This document shows positions 26,771 to 36,640 of a DNA stretch of 64,000 nucleotides, in pieces. The stretch comes from Candidatus Yanofskybacteria bacterium RIFCSPHIGHO2_01_FULL_44_24. GTDB lineage: Bacteria; Patescibacteriota; Minisyncoccia; 2-02-FULL-40-12; GWA2-44-9. A program made the translations under genes and the position numbers. The notes below the pieces were generated by a model. That model was not told the origin of the DNA, did no database searches, and saw only the letters and a list, made by a program, of their open reading frames with translations. Positions within the stretch are counted from its first letter, which is position 1. Every line of letters starts with the position of its first letter. Location of the stretch: assembly GCA_001794215.1 (NCBI GenBank), contig MGJK01000011.1:3170-67169 (forward strand), given 5' to 3'.

Positions 26771-27637
26771 TTATTTTTCGGATGATATTAAATAATCAGT
26801 ACCATCGCTAATTAATTTAATATCGCCATTTAAATCATTCCTATAGACTTTTATATCATAATTTCCCAGCCTTTCCAATACTTCAGCTGAAGGATGGCCG
26901 TATTTGTTTTCGGCTCCAACCTGAATAATTCCGACCTGAGGTGTAACTTTATTCAAAAAATCTTCCGTAGTAGAAGTTTTTGATCCATGGTGAGCGACTT
27001 TCAAAACATCTGCATCCAAATCTACTCCGGCCAAAATAAGCTTATTCTCAACCCTTGCTTCCATATCCCCAGTCAATAAAACCCGCAGAGAACCGTACCA
27101 TAGCATCATGACGACCACATCGTTATGAGGATTGGATTCTTCTGTGCCGGCGACGGATTGAAATGGGTGAAGAAGATAAAGAACCACCCCATCGTCAAAA
27201 TTGATTTGCTTACCTATCACCGGTTCGGTTTCTTTTGCACTCTCCCCGGCTACGGCCTCTTGCCAGGCTAAGAATTGGGGCGAGTCATAAGATTCTTTGG
27301 CCTCAACAATGTTTTCCACCCGATAACGATCTAAAACGCCCATGAGTCCGGTAATATGGTCGGAATGGGGATGAGATGCCACCACCATATCAATATCCCG
27401 GTCATAAAACGGCATAACGCTTCCTATGGCCGAAAGAACCTTATTATCCGGCCCGCCATCAATCAAAATCTGATACCCGCTCGGAGTTTCGATAAATATA
27501 GAATCCCCTTGGCCGATGTCGAAGAAGTGGATTTTAAGAAGACCATCTTTTTGGGAGGCGACAGAATAGGTTGAGGATGCGAAGACGAAGAGACAGAGAA
27601 GGATGACGAAATGTATCAATTTAAGCTGTTTCGGCAT
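26771..27637 (-). CDS. secreted metallo-beta-lactamase-fold hydrolase (ComEC C-terminal-domain-like)
   Basis: Signal peptide. ASHPHSDHITGL (HxHxDH) motif. Confidence 0.7.
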   Translation of the reverse strand: MPKQLKLIHFVILLCLFVFASSTYSVASQKDGLLKIHFFDIGQGDSIFIETPSGYQILIDGGPDNKVLSAIGSVMPFYDRDIDMVVASHPHSDHITGLMGVLDRYRVENIVEAKESYDSPQFLAWQEAVAGESAKETEPVIGKQINFDDGVVLYLLHPFQSVAGTEESNPHNDVVVMMLWYGSLRVLLTGDMEARVENKLILAGVDLDADVLKVAHHGSKTSTTEDFLNKVTPQVGIIQVGAENKYGHPSAEVLERLGNYDIKVYRNDLNGDIKLISDGTDYLISSEK

Positions 27638-27696
27638 GAAAATTTAATACCATGAATTTAAATAAAAATAAAAGGACTCTTTCAAGTCCCAAGGAA

Positions 27697-28014
27697 TTAA
27701 TGTCCAGAATAGCGACTTGCTATCTTCTGGGCAGTCTTTTTGATTAGTTCTTTTTCTTCGGGAGTAGCATTCAAATCTTCCGAATTTGCAATAGCGACAA
27801 CGAGCTCAGCGGCATTTGGAGTATCCATCATAAGTCCAGTATACCCGGCACCTACAGTACCAACAACATAAATACCGTTTGGCAAGGTAACCTTTACATA
27901 CGTCACTTCTTTCTCCAAGGAACTGCATAACAACCGATTGGATATTACTACAAGTACTCCCAATTTGTCAATCATTTCACGAAGATATAAGGGTAGGTCG
28001 TCTTCTTTCCCCAC
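27697..28014 (-). CDS. hypothetical protein (105 aa)
   Basis: ORF only. Weak resemblance to roadblock/LC7-type folds, not reliable. Confidence 0.3.
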   Translation of the reverse strand: MGKEDDLPLYLREMIDKLGVLVVISNRLLCSSLEKEVTYVKVTLPNGIYVVGTVGAGYTGLMMDTPNAAELVVAIANSEDLNATPEEKELIKKTAQKIASRYSGH

Positions 28015-28098
28015 CCCGTCAGGTTGTCTGGAATTTCAAATACAAATACATGTTTAACTGCGGCTGATTGAGAAACTCAGACAAAATAAAATCCGACA

Positions 28099-28317
28099 CT
28101 ATCTGTCGGAATATAGCCACAGGATAAAGCGTCTTGGCATAAAATAGCCCAGAATAATTGAACCAACAATAACAGAACTAAAGGTCAACCAACTTATTAA
28201 CTCTGAAGGTCCGAATATTCGATTAACCTTGAAAGATAATACTAAGGCTATCATCACGCCCCATACTCCGAAGAGTGTCGTGGCACAAAGTATTCGATTC
28301 TGCCTTTCCCTGGTCAT
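28099..28317 (-). CDS. small membrane protein (72 aa, 2 TM)
   Basis: Hydrophobicity only. Confidence 0.3.
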   Translation of the reverse strand: MTRERQNRILCATTLFGVWGVMIALVLSFKVNRIFGPSELISWLTFSSVIVGSIILGYFMPRRFILWLYSDR

Positions 28318-28425
28318 AGCTACCTTCTTTCTAAAGTACCCGGGATATTTTTATCATAACCCTAAATGAAGTCAAGGGCTTTTTCCTATGCCTGCGCCAT
28401 AAATTCGGGCAAAAAGAAAACCACC

Positions 28426-28863
28426 TCAATTGGTGGCGCGAAATGACTTGAGAATTTTTTCTAATAATTTTTTCTTATTTTTATCTAAGTCAAACTCCCA
28501 GATACTCAGAGTAATCCGATAACCATCGAAACAGGCTCGCTTACGAAGAAAAGACGGTCCTTTTCCATCCTCTACTAAGTAAACTCTCAAGAAATCCTCT
28601 GACGGCTCCATACAAGCACCTTTTACAACTGATATCTCCATCGTTCCCGCTGGAGGGAGTCCCCCGTTGGCATATTTTTCTAAAGAAATACTGGAGACAT
28701 TGAGAACTCCCCTGTCCTTATCCTCATAGACGATAGACCATTCGGAAGGATACTCCATCCGAAAACCAGTAACACGATTTTTGTATAAAGACCAATTACT
28801 CGATGCGCAACCGATTGTTAAAACGGCACAAAGAACTAATACGATAGAGCCAGTCCGCCTCAT
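28426..28863 (-). CDS. putative lipoprotein (signal peptide with LTIGC lipobox)
   Basis: N-terminal signal peptide and Cys lipobox. No family. Confidence 0.45.
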   Translation of the reverse strand: MRRTGSIVLVLCAVLTIGCASSNWSLYKNRVTGFRMEYPSEWSIVYEDKDRGVLNVSSISLEKYANGGLPPAGTMEISVVKGACMEPSEDFLRVYLVEDGKGPSFLRKRACFDGYRITLSIWEFDLDKNKKKLLEKILKSFRATN

Positions 28864-29009
28864 TGAGCCACTCCCCGAAAGTATATAAGTACGCGCTACA
28901 ATGATACTGCTCTTATAGCGCCTGTCAATTCTTCTAAGCGTTGGGTTGACAGATCTGATATTTTCTATTAAAATCTCGAACGAAGCCTACCGGACTCACG
29001 AGGAAAAAT

Positions 29010-29882
29010 ATGGCAGGAAACTTCGTTACCGGTTCACCTATAAAATACCGAAAGAAGGGCAATTGGGAAGAATTTCCGATGAAATTCAGGTGGCAGACCG
29101 GCCTATGGTTCGAGCTCTTTGAAAAACACCTTGATTTGATAGTTGAAGACATCAAAAGGGCCCAAGCCGAGGATAGATTGATAACTTACTTAAGCTGTCC
29201 GATCAGCGGCCGAGAAGGAAGTCATAGTCTAACCAATATCGAGATAACCCGGCATGTCGCCCGACAGCTTGAAACAAAATGGGGCAGCCGATTCTGGGTG
29301 CTTAACCCGGCTCTTTACCAAATGGAGTCGAGTTCCGGAACAGGATTAATTAAGCGGCATGCTCACCTGCTAAGCGCCGAAAAGGGATTGATGCCGGAAA
29401 TCGACATAGAACAACTGCATAAGGAATCCCCTCTCACCGGCGGAGATTATCTGCGTATGTGGACCAAGGTGCTCGTAGGGGACGACGCCGACAATCTTGG
29501 GAATCGATTTGACGCTTTTTACTTTATCGGCCCAGTTGATGTCTGGAATTTTTTCACCAACTCAGGAAACACAGACCTGACCCGGGGAGTCGAAGATTAC
29601 TTCGCAAGAAAAATTGCAACAAACGCTGAATTCCGATCCTGCTTCGGAGAAGCAAGAAAGATTGATGATGCGGAAAGAGAATTCTTTAAATTCTATACCC
29701 TGAAAGCAGGAGCTCACTTCAGTCTTGGCTCTCACGACGAATATAATATTTGGCAAATTCTCAACGTCCTCCGCAGACGAGAGATACGGCCATTAGCCTC
29801 CATTCCCGGCTACTTCGACGGCAGACAGATCGGCCTCGGAGCGGCCGAAACAGAACTTTCTCCTGGCTATGCTATAAACTAA
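29010..29882 (+). CDS. hypothetical protein (290 aa), orphan on the opposite strand
   Basis: Long clean ORF flanked by terminators. N-terminal strand-loop ITYLSCPISGREGS faintly resembles nucleoside 2-deoxyribosyltransferase/SLOG-type P-loop-less nucleotide-binding folds. Confidence 0.45.
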   Translation: MAGNFVTGSPIKYRKKGNWEEFPMKFRWQTGLWFELFEKHLDLIVEDIKRAQAEDRLITYLSCPISGREGSHSLTNIEITRHVARQLETKWGSRFWVLNPALYQMESSSGTGLIKRHAHLLSAEKGLMPEIDIEQLHKESPLTGGDYLRMWTKVLVGDDADNLGNRFDAFYFIGPVDVWNFFTNSGNTDLTRGVEDYFARKIATNAEFRSCFGEARKIDDAEREFFKFYTLKAGAHFSLGSHDEYNIWQILNVLRRREIRPLASIPGYFDGRQIGLGAAETELSPGYAIN

Positions 29883-29953
29883 GAGGCGACGCATTGTCGT
29901 CTTTTTAATTTTAGGAAGTAAAAAACCGAGCTTAGCTCGGCTTTACTCTACTA

Positions 29954-30256
29954 TTACGACTTTTTATCAAAAATCTTATCGTAAATCTGTCCTAACGAAT
30001 TGCGTAAAAGACAAAAAATAGAAATTGCCGCAATCAACCCGACAGATAGATACGCCAGGACGCAAACGAACCAATCGACCATGGGCTCGCCGGACCAATA
30101 ATTCACTGCCAGCATAGCAGAAGATATAAGCATCCAAAACACCGCCCCTACCACCGTAAAGGAAAAAAGTTCAAAACCGAATATAAACGGCCAGGCAAAA
30201 ATTATAGAGAAGAAGAATCCGATGAAGAAAAGGACCTTCGAACCTCGAATAGCCAC
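29954..30256 (-). CDS. small membrane protein (100 aa, 3 TM)
   Basis: Hydrophobicity. Immediately downstream of comEC. Confidence 0.4.
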   Translation of the reverse strand: MAIRGSKVLFFIGFFFSIIFAWPFIFGFELFSFTVVGAVFWMLISSAMLAVNYWSGEPMVDWFVCVLAYLSVGLIAAISIFCLLRNSLGQIYDKIFDKKS

Positions 30257-30269
30257 CGCCTGTCTCCTT

Positions 30270-31886
30270 TCAAAGATCTGTAGTGCTGATTCTATATTTG
30301 TTTTCGGTTTTATGCAATAGGAAAAATATGGCCGAATAAACTACCGCCAATACGGGCAGATTGATAGACACGGGAATAGAGGCAAAGTTTAGCGAGGCAA
30401 AAAATTCTACGGCCCTTATTTGATATATGCCGATTGCCCAAACAATAAAACCGAAAGTCTGACCCAAGAAAGGAGCAATCATGCCCCCTACCCCGGCAAT
30501 AAAACCCGCTAACATGGCATAGGGAACAAAGGGCAGGATCAAAATGTTAGTCGGCAAAGAAACTAAAGAGATGGTTTTAAAATAATAAATTAAAAGAGGC
30601 AAAACCATCATTTGCGCCGATACGGTCATAAGGGCAATCTCCTTCAAGCCTCCTAATTTAGGGAGCCTCTTCAACTTATAGTTCAGCAACGGGTAAAGAT
30701 AGACTAATCCTAAAACGGCTAAAAAGGACAGCTGAAAACCTATATCAAAACTCAGAACAAACGGATTGATGTATATCATAATTGCCCCGGCCAGAATGAT
30801 CGAATTCTTAACGTCGTAGAGCTTGCCATAGCCATGAGCAAATAAAATTAAAAGGCCCATAACCGCTGCCCGGACTACCGAAGACGAGGCCCCCGTTAAA
30901 ATAGTAAATAGCACGATCACCGCCACCGAAATCCAAAAAGCCGCCCTTCTCCTTACAAAAAAAGTTAGGATAATCAGAATAGCTTCCGAAATAATCATTA
31001 TGTTAAATCCTGAAATGGCAAGAATGTGGGTAGTGCTTGTTTTATTGAAAGCTTCCTTAAGCTCTGCGGGTATATTCTGGCGGCTGCCTAACAATATACC
31101 GCTTGCGTAAGACGCAACCGGCTCCGAGACGGATTTATTTATCGCATCTTGGAAGATCTTTTTAACATTGAAAATGCCGCGATAAAGATTAATTTTTACT
31201 TTTTCGAACCGGCCGTAATCTATCTTCCCCGTATCATCCGCAATCAGCGGAAAAGACATGGTTGTCCTGACTCCTTCCTTCTTAAGATAGGTGACGTAAT
31301 CAAATTCATCGAAATTTTGAGGCTCTTTCAGCACTCCTATCAAGAGCAGTTGATCGCCGAATTTATAAACCGGAAAAGAATCGGTTGTTACCAGAGTTCT
31401 CTCTTTTAAATCAAAGGTTCGATTACCGATAATGACCCTCCTTGCGTTAAAAACAAACTTGGTTCTACTGCCCGCCGTTTCCGGCTCTCCGCCAACATAA
31501 CCCTGCAAATGTATCTGGGTTCCCGTTTCCCGACCCTTTGAGTCTTTCAAAAAACTCTTGCTTATACCGCTTAAAATACTATTTTCATAGTTAAAACCAT
31601 TGAAATGCACGATACCGAAAGTAAAAGATACGATTATAAATCCGATTAAAATGCCTATTTTTCTATTTAAAGCTGCATTTTTAGATTTAGATAAAGTCTT
31701 GCGGTAAGAAAAAACTGCCATAATCGAAATACCGCCGATCAGTAATGCCAGGATTTGAGAATAAGATATAATCCAAAAAGACCCGGTAAAAACTCCTACT
31801 ATAAAGGCGAGGAGCAGATAAAACAGCATCTGGGATTTGTGCATATCAGAAAATTTCATAAACAGTCGATAGGGAAATCGTAACAA
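30270..31886 (-). CDS. comEC: DNA internalization competence protein ComEC/Rec2 (membrane core, no fused MBL domain)
   Basis: DUF4131-like N-terminal TM region, and competence domain with THILAISGFNIMII motif. Confidence 0.8.
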   Translation of the reverse strand: MLRFPYRLFMKFSDMHKSQMLFYLLLAFIVGVFTGSFWIISYSQILALLIGGISIMAVFSYRKTLSKSKNAALNRKIGILIGFIIVSFTFGIVHFNGFNYENSILSGISKSFLKDSKGRETGTQIHLQGYVGGEPETAGSRTKFVFNARRVIIGNRTFDLKERTLVTTDSFPVYKFGDQLLLIGVLKEPQNFDEFDYVTYLKKEGVRTTMSFPLIADDTGKIDYGRFEKVKINLYRGIFNVKKIFQDAINKSVSEPVASYASGILLGSRQNIPAELKEAFNKTSTTHILAISGFNIMIISEAILIILTFFVRRRAAFWISVAVIVLFTILTGASSSVVRAAVMGLLILFAHGYGKLYDVKNSIILAGAIMIYINPFVLSFDIGFQLSFLAVLGLVYLYPLLNYKLKRLPKLGGLKEIALMTVSAQMMVLPLLIYYFKTISLVSLPTNILILPFVPYAMLAGFIAGVGGMIAPFLGQTFGFIVWAIGIYQIRAVEFFASLNFASIPVSINLPVLAVVYSAIFFLLHKTENKYRISTTDL

Positions 31887-32045
31887 AATTTACATAAACA
31901 AAAAAGATTAACGTTCTCCGCCAATTGGCGGATCGCTGCCTCCCATTCGGTTTAGTGTGACCAAGCAAAAAGGAGGATCACCTCCTTTTTGCTTGATCTT
32001 TTTCATATTTGTTCTGTTAATTTTAACCGAACAAATTAAAATAGC

Positions 32046-34961
32046 TTAGTTGCAGACCCCCGTTGTGGCAAAACAGTTCGGACAAGAATAGCATGATCCC
32101 GCTTTTATCATCATGGTTCCGCAGCTGACGCATGGCGGAGCGGTACTCTCGTGGAATGCACCGACAGAATAATCATTCTGAGACTGGGTTTCTGCGGCAG
32201 CTAACGTGGCTTCTGCTTCCGTTTCGCTCGAAGAATTTATCTTGGACTCTCCAATAACCATTTCTGAGTCTCCGTAGGCCTGTGCCGATCCGAATATTTC
32301 CTCCCTATCCTTCGGATTTAAGTACTTCATGCCTAAATACCTGAATATATAATCGATAACGGATTTAGCCGTAGGAACTTGCGGATTATTGGTGAATCCG
32401 GACGGATCAAAGCGCATATCTTTGAATTTCTTAACAAGGGTTTTAAGAGGTACGCCGGACTGCAGGCACATGGAAATAAGAGTGGCGATAGTATCGAACA
32501 GGCCCGAAATAGTACTCCCCTCCTTGGCGGTGGTGATAAACGTTTCTCCGGGCTTTCCCGTGTCAGGATATAATCCGACAGTGAGATAACTCTCATATCC
32601 TCCTATGGAAAACTTATGAGTGACCGAAGGCCTTTCATCAGGCAGTTTGACCCGGGTATAACCGTTAACCTTTTCCACCAACTGCGGCTTAGCAACCGGA
32701 TCATTAATATCGGAAGCTAAGTTAACTTTGGCTTGAGGCTTAGCCGCGTCATTTGTAAAATCATCCTTTTTGTCTTTGGATGTATTGAGAGGCTGAATTG
32801 ATTTTGATCCGTCCCGATATATGGCTATGGCCTTCAGCCCTAATTTCCAGCCCTGTATAAAAACGTCCTTGACGTCTTCAACTGTGGCATCATTCGGCAA
32901 ATTAACCGTCTTTGATATTGCTCCGGAGATAAAAGGCTGAGCCGCGGACATCATTCTTATATGACCCATGTGGCCGATGCTCCTCTTGCCGTTCATGGCC
33001 TTGAAAGAACAGTCGAATACCGGAAGATCGTCCTGAAGAAGATGGGGGGCGCCTTCAATTGTTTCTTTCACGAGCAGATAGTCGGAAATTTCTTTGACCT
33101 GATCATCTGAATATCCCAACCTCCTGAGAGCAGTCGGAACTTGATTATTAACTAACTTCAAAACTCCTCCGCCGACTAATTTTTTATACTTAACCAAAGC
33201 AAGCTCCGGTTCAATGCCGGTAGTATCGCAATCCATCAGAAAAGCGATGGTTCCGGTTGGAGCCAAGACTGTAACTTGCGAATTTCTGATTCCATGTTTT
33301 TTACCGAGAGCAAGGGCGTCATTCCACACAAGTCTTGAATGGCTTAAAAGATAATCGTCGTAAACTCCATGTTCGACTGATTGGCGATAAAGCTTTTCTG
33401 ATTCATCAAGATGTTTTGATAAAACTCCCAGCATCGGCGACCGATTGGTTTCAAAACCGTTGAACGGCCCTTTTATATCAGAAATCAGAGCGGACATTCT
33501 ATAAGCTTCCCCGCACATAAGGGAAGTGATCTGACCGGCCATCAAACGTCCGCCATCTGAGTCGTAGGGCAAGCCCAAAAACATCAAAAGCGATCCGAGA
33601 TTGGCATAACCCAATCCAAGCTCCCGGTAATCTTTCGCATTTTGATCTATTTTCTCGGTAGGGTAGGAAGAATTATCAACTAAAATATCCTGAGCCAGAA
33701 TCATCGTATCTACAATTTTCCTGAATAAATCCGTATCGAAAGTGCCGTTATCCCGGGCTAACTTAAGCAAGTTGATGGAGGCAAGATTACAGGCGCTATT
33801 GTCCAAATGCATATACTCGGAGCATGGGTTAGAAGCATTAATTCTGCCCGTATTGGGACAAGTATGCCATTCGTTAATGGTTGTGTCGTACTGCATCCCG
33901 GGATCAGCACTATGCCAAGCCGCATCAGCAATCCAGTTCAAGACTTCGCGCGCCGGCAGTTCTTCGATTATCTTGCCGTTTACAACTCCTTTTAGTTGCC
34001 AAAGGCCGTCGCTTTCTACGGCTCTCATAAACTCGTCGGTAACTCTGACCGAATTATTGGCGTTTTGATAAGGAAGAAGCGTGTAGGGGTTAAACAGATC
34101 CGCTTCAATTGAATCCTTAATTCCGCTCAGTTCAAGAGCCTTGGTCATATCCTCAATAATCTTTTTGCAGTAAATAAAATTCTTAACATCAGGATGATCA
34201 ACATTTAGAATAACCATCTTGGCCGCCCTGCGGGTTGTACCGCCGGAACGGATTGCATTAGCAACGCCATCGGCACCCTTCATGAACGAAACCGGACCGG
34301 AGGAAAACCCGCCCTTAGAAAGAGGCTCCCTGGATGACCGAAGTTTTGAAAGATTAGTTCCTGAACCGGAACCGTATTTAAAAATCCATCCTTCATCTCT
34401 GTACCAATCCAGGATGGACTGCATGGTATCTTCAACTGAAAGTATGAAACAAGCTGAACACTGAGGCTTTTCATAAACACCGACATTAAACCAAACCGGA
34501 CTATTGAATGCGGCAAATTGGTTGACTAAAATCCACCTTAAATCGTTTGTAAAATTAAGTGAATCCTCTTCTGAAGCAAAGTAACCGTCTTTAAGTCCCC
34601 ATTTTCCTATAGCAAGGGCGACCCGATCAATCATTTGGCGAGCGCTGTATTCTCTTTCCGGAGTATCGAACTGTCCCCTGAAATATTTTGAAGCTACGAT
34701 ATCAGTCGCTGTCTGAGTCCAAAAACTCGGCACTTCAACATTATTTTGTTCAAAAACAACCGTTCCGTCGCTCTTGGTGATCCGAGCGGTTCTTCTCTCC
34801 CATTCAATTTGATCGTACGGATTGGTTTCCGAAAACAAAGAGTTCCAAATAAATCCGCTTTTTAATATCCTGCTCCCTAAAGAATGGTCTTTCCCATTGC
34901 CGTGAGCATGCGAGTTATTTATCAGATCAGAGTATTCAACTGTGTTTAGTTTTCTATACAT
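32046..34961 (-). CDS. nrdJ: ribonucleoside-triphosphate/diphosphate reductase, class II (adenosylcobalamin-dependent), with C-terminal zinc ribbon
   Basis: 971 aa. Active-site NPCSEYMHLDNSACNLASINL. C-terminal CVSCG...CYSCPNC. Confidence 0.9.
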   Translation of the reverse strand: MYRKLNTVEYSDLINNSHAHGNGKDHSLGSRILKSGFIWNSLFSETNPYDQIEWERRTARITKSDGTVVFEQNNVEVPSFWTQTATDIVASKYFRGQFDTPEREYSARQMIDRVALAIGKWGLKDGYFASEEDSLNFTNDLRWILVNQFAAFNSPVWFNVGVYEKPQCSACFILSVEDTMQSILDWYRDEGWIFKYGSGSGTNLSKLRSSREPLSKGGFSSGPVSFMKGADGVANAIRSGGTTRRAAKMVILNVDHPDVKNFIYCKKIIEDMTKALELSGIKDSIEADLFNPYTLLPYQNANNSVRVTDEFMRAVESDGLWQLKGVVNGKIIEELPAREVLNWIADAAWHSADPGMQYDTTINEWHTCPNTGRINASNPCSEYMHLDNSACNLASINLLKLARDNGTFDTDLFRKIVDTMILAQDILVDNSSYPTEKIDQNAKDYRELGLGYANLGSLLMFLGLPYDSDGGRLMAGQITSLMCGEAYRMSALISDIKGPFNGFETNRSPMLGVLSKHLDESEKLYRQSVEHGVYDDYLLSHSRLVWNDALALGKKHGIRNSQVTVLAPTGTIAFLMDCDTTGIEPELALVKYKKLVGGGVLKLVNNQVPTALRRLGYSDDQVKEISDYLLVKETIEGAPHLLQDDLPVFDCSFKAMNGKRSIGHMGHIRMMSAAQPFISGAISKTVNLPNDATVEDVKDVFIQGWKLGLKAIAIYRDGSKSIQPLNTSKDKKDDFTNDAAKPQAKVNLASDINDPVAKPQLVEKVNGYTRVKLPDERPSVTHKFSIGGYESYLTVGLYPDTGKPGETFITTAKEGSTISGLFDTIATLISMCLQSGVPLKTLVKKFKDMRFDPSGFTNNPQVPTAKSVIDYIFRYLGMKYLNPKDREEIFGSAQAYGDSEMVIGESKINSSSETEAEATLAAAETQSQNDYSVGAFHESTAPPCVSCGTMMIKAGSCYSCPNCFATTGVCN

Positions 34962-35268
34962 TGAGATATTTTTTTAAAAAATTACCGCACAAGGCGGTCG
35001 TTATTGCCTTATCAAGAAGTTTTAAGCCCGCTCTTTTTGGGCGAGGCTCGCTTCCAGAGAAGAAGCGGCCCGCTTTAAGGCGGGGTTAATTCAATAGCAT
35101 CTACTTTTTAAAACTAAACTCATCAATTTAATTTTAGCCCTTTCAAAAAAATATTTCAAGAATAAAATTGTTGATAACCCCGATATTTTAACAACCAAAA
35201 ACGGACCGAAGTCCGCTTTTGGTTGTTAAAATCAAAAAATGAACTTATTTTTAAAATAAGCTGTCCCG

Positions 35269-36453
35269 TTACTTCATCTTCCTTCGAATAAAGGCGGGGA
35301 TATCGAACTCCTCCTCGCTGACAGACGAATCAACAAACTCTCTTACTTCTCTTGAAGACGCCGATCCGTTTCCGACACCACCTCCGTTGCCGTTAGTGTG
35401 GCCATTGGCCATTTTTCTGGAATCAAAATTAGCATCAAATAAGTTGGGTCTCTGCGGAACCGCCGCGGCCAAACCCGGTCTTGCCGAAGATTGGTGTCCA
35501 TTCGTAAATCCGGTCGCCACTACTGTTATCTTGATCTCTCCCTTCTTAAGCTTATCATCGAGCACCGCTCCAAAAATTACTTTGGCATCCTGATCAATAT
35601 GTTCGGTGATTATGCGGGCCGCTTCGCTGATTTCAGCCATTGCAAGATCAGTTCCTCCGGAAACATTGAATAGTACTCCCTTGGCACCATCAATTGAAAC
35701 CTCCAACAAAGGAGAGTTGATAGCCGTCTTAGCGGCCTCTATCGCCCTATCTTCTCCGCTGGCTCTGCCTATACCCATCAAAGCTGATCCTGAATTAGCC
35801 ATAACCGCTTTGACATCGGCAAAGTCAACGTTAATTATTCCCGGAACTGTTATTAAATCAGAGATACCCTGAACGCCCTGCCTCAAAACATCATCCACGA
35901 TCGCGAAAGACTCTAAGAGGGGTGTCTTCCGGTCTATTATGGACAGCAAACGGTCATTAGGAATAGTGATCAGGGCGTCTACTTTTTCTCTTAAAATATG
36001 CCAGGCATCTTCAGAGATTCTCATACGCTGAGCGCCTTCAAAACTGAATGGCTTGGTAACTACGGCAACAGTCAGCGCGCCTAAGTCGCGGGATATGTCA
36101 GCAACAATCGGGGCAGCTCCGCTTCCCGTACCTCCGCCCAAGCCGCAAGTAATAAAAACCATATCAGCGCCCTTTAAGGCATTTTGAATTTCTTCTTTGG
36201 TATCTTCGGCGGCTTGCCGGCCGATTTCCGGATTCATGCCCGCACCCAAGCCCTTGGTCAGGCTCTTGCCGATATGGACTTTGGTCGGAGCATTTGTATT
36301 ATGCAAAGCCTGAGCGTCGGTATTGACGGCTATAAACTCGACGCCATGAATCCTGGCCTCGATCATCCGAGCTAAAGCATTATTGCCGGAACCTCCGCAC
36401 CCAATGACCTTTATCCTGGCAAAAGTTTCAAATGCCGGTTTTATTTGAGCCAT
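35269..36453 (-). CDS. ftsZ: cell division protein FtsZ
   Basis: GGGTGSG tubulin signature (CGLGGGTGSGAAP). Confidence 0.97.
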   Translation of the reverse strand: MAQIKPAFETFARIKVIGCGGSGNNALARMIEARIHGVEFIAVNTDAQALHNTNAPTKVHIGKSLTKGLGAGMNPEIGRQAAEDTKEEIQNALKGADMVFITCGLGGGTGSGAAPIVADISRDLGALTVAVVTKPFSFEGAQRMRISEDAWHILREKVDALITIPNDRLLSIIDRKTPLLESFAIVDDVLRQGVQGISDLITVPGIINVDFADVKAVMANSGSALMGIGRASGEDRAIEAAKTAINSPLLEVSIDGAKGVLFNVSGGTDLAMAEISEAARIITEHIDQDAKVIFGAVLDDKLKKGEIKITVVATGFTNGHQSSARPGLAAAVPQRPNLFDANFDSRKMANGHTNGNGGGVGNGSASSREVREFVDSSVSEEEFDIPAFIRRKMK

Positions 36454-36640
36454 AGTCGATTCTCTAAATTAAAAACTTAAAACGAAAAATTAAAAATTGG
36501 ATCTATCCAAGGCCAAACCGCCTTAATTTTGCGCTTTTCGCTTTAAATTTTAAACTATCTTCTAACTTGTATTATCACAAAAGGAAATAGAGCACAAGGA
36601 ACACCCCCTGTGGATAAAATGTGTACAAGAATCCCCTACG

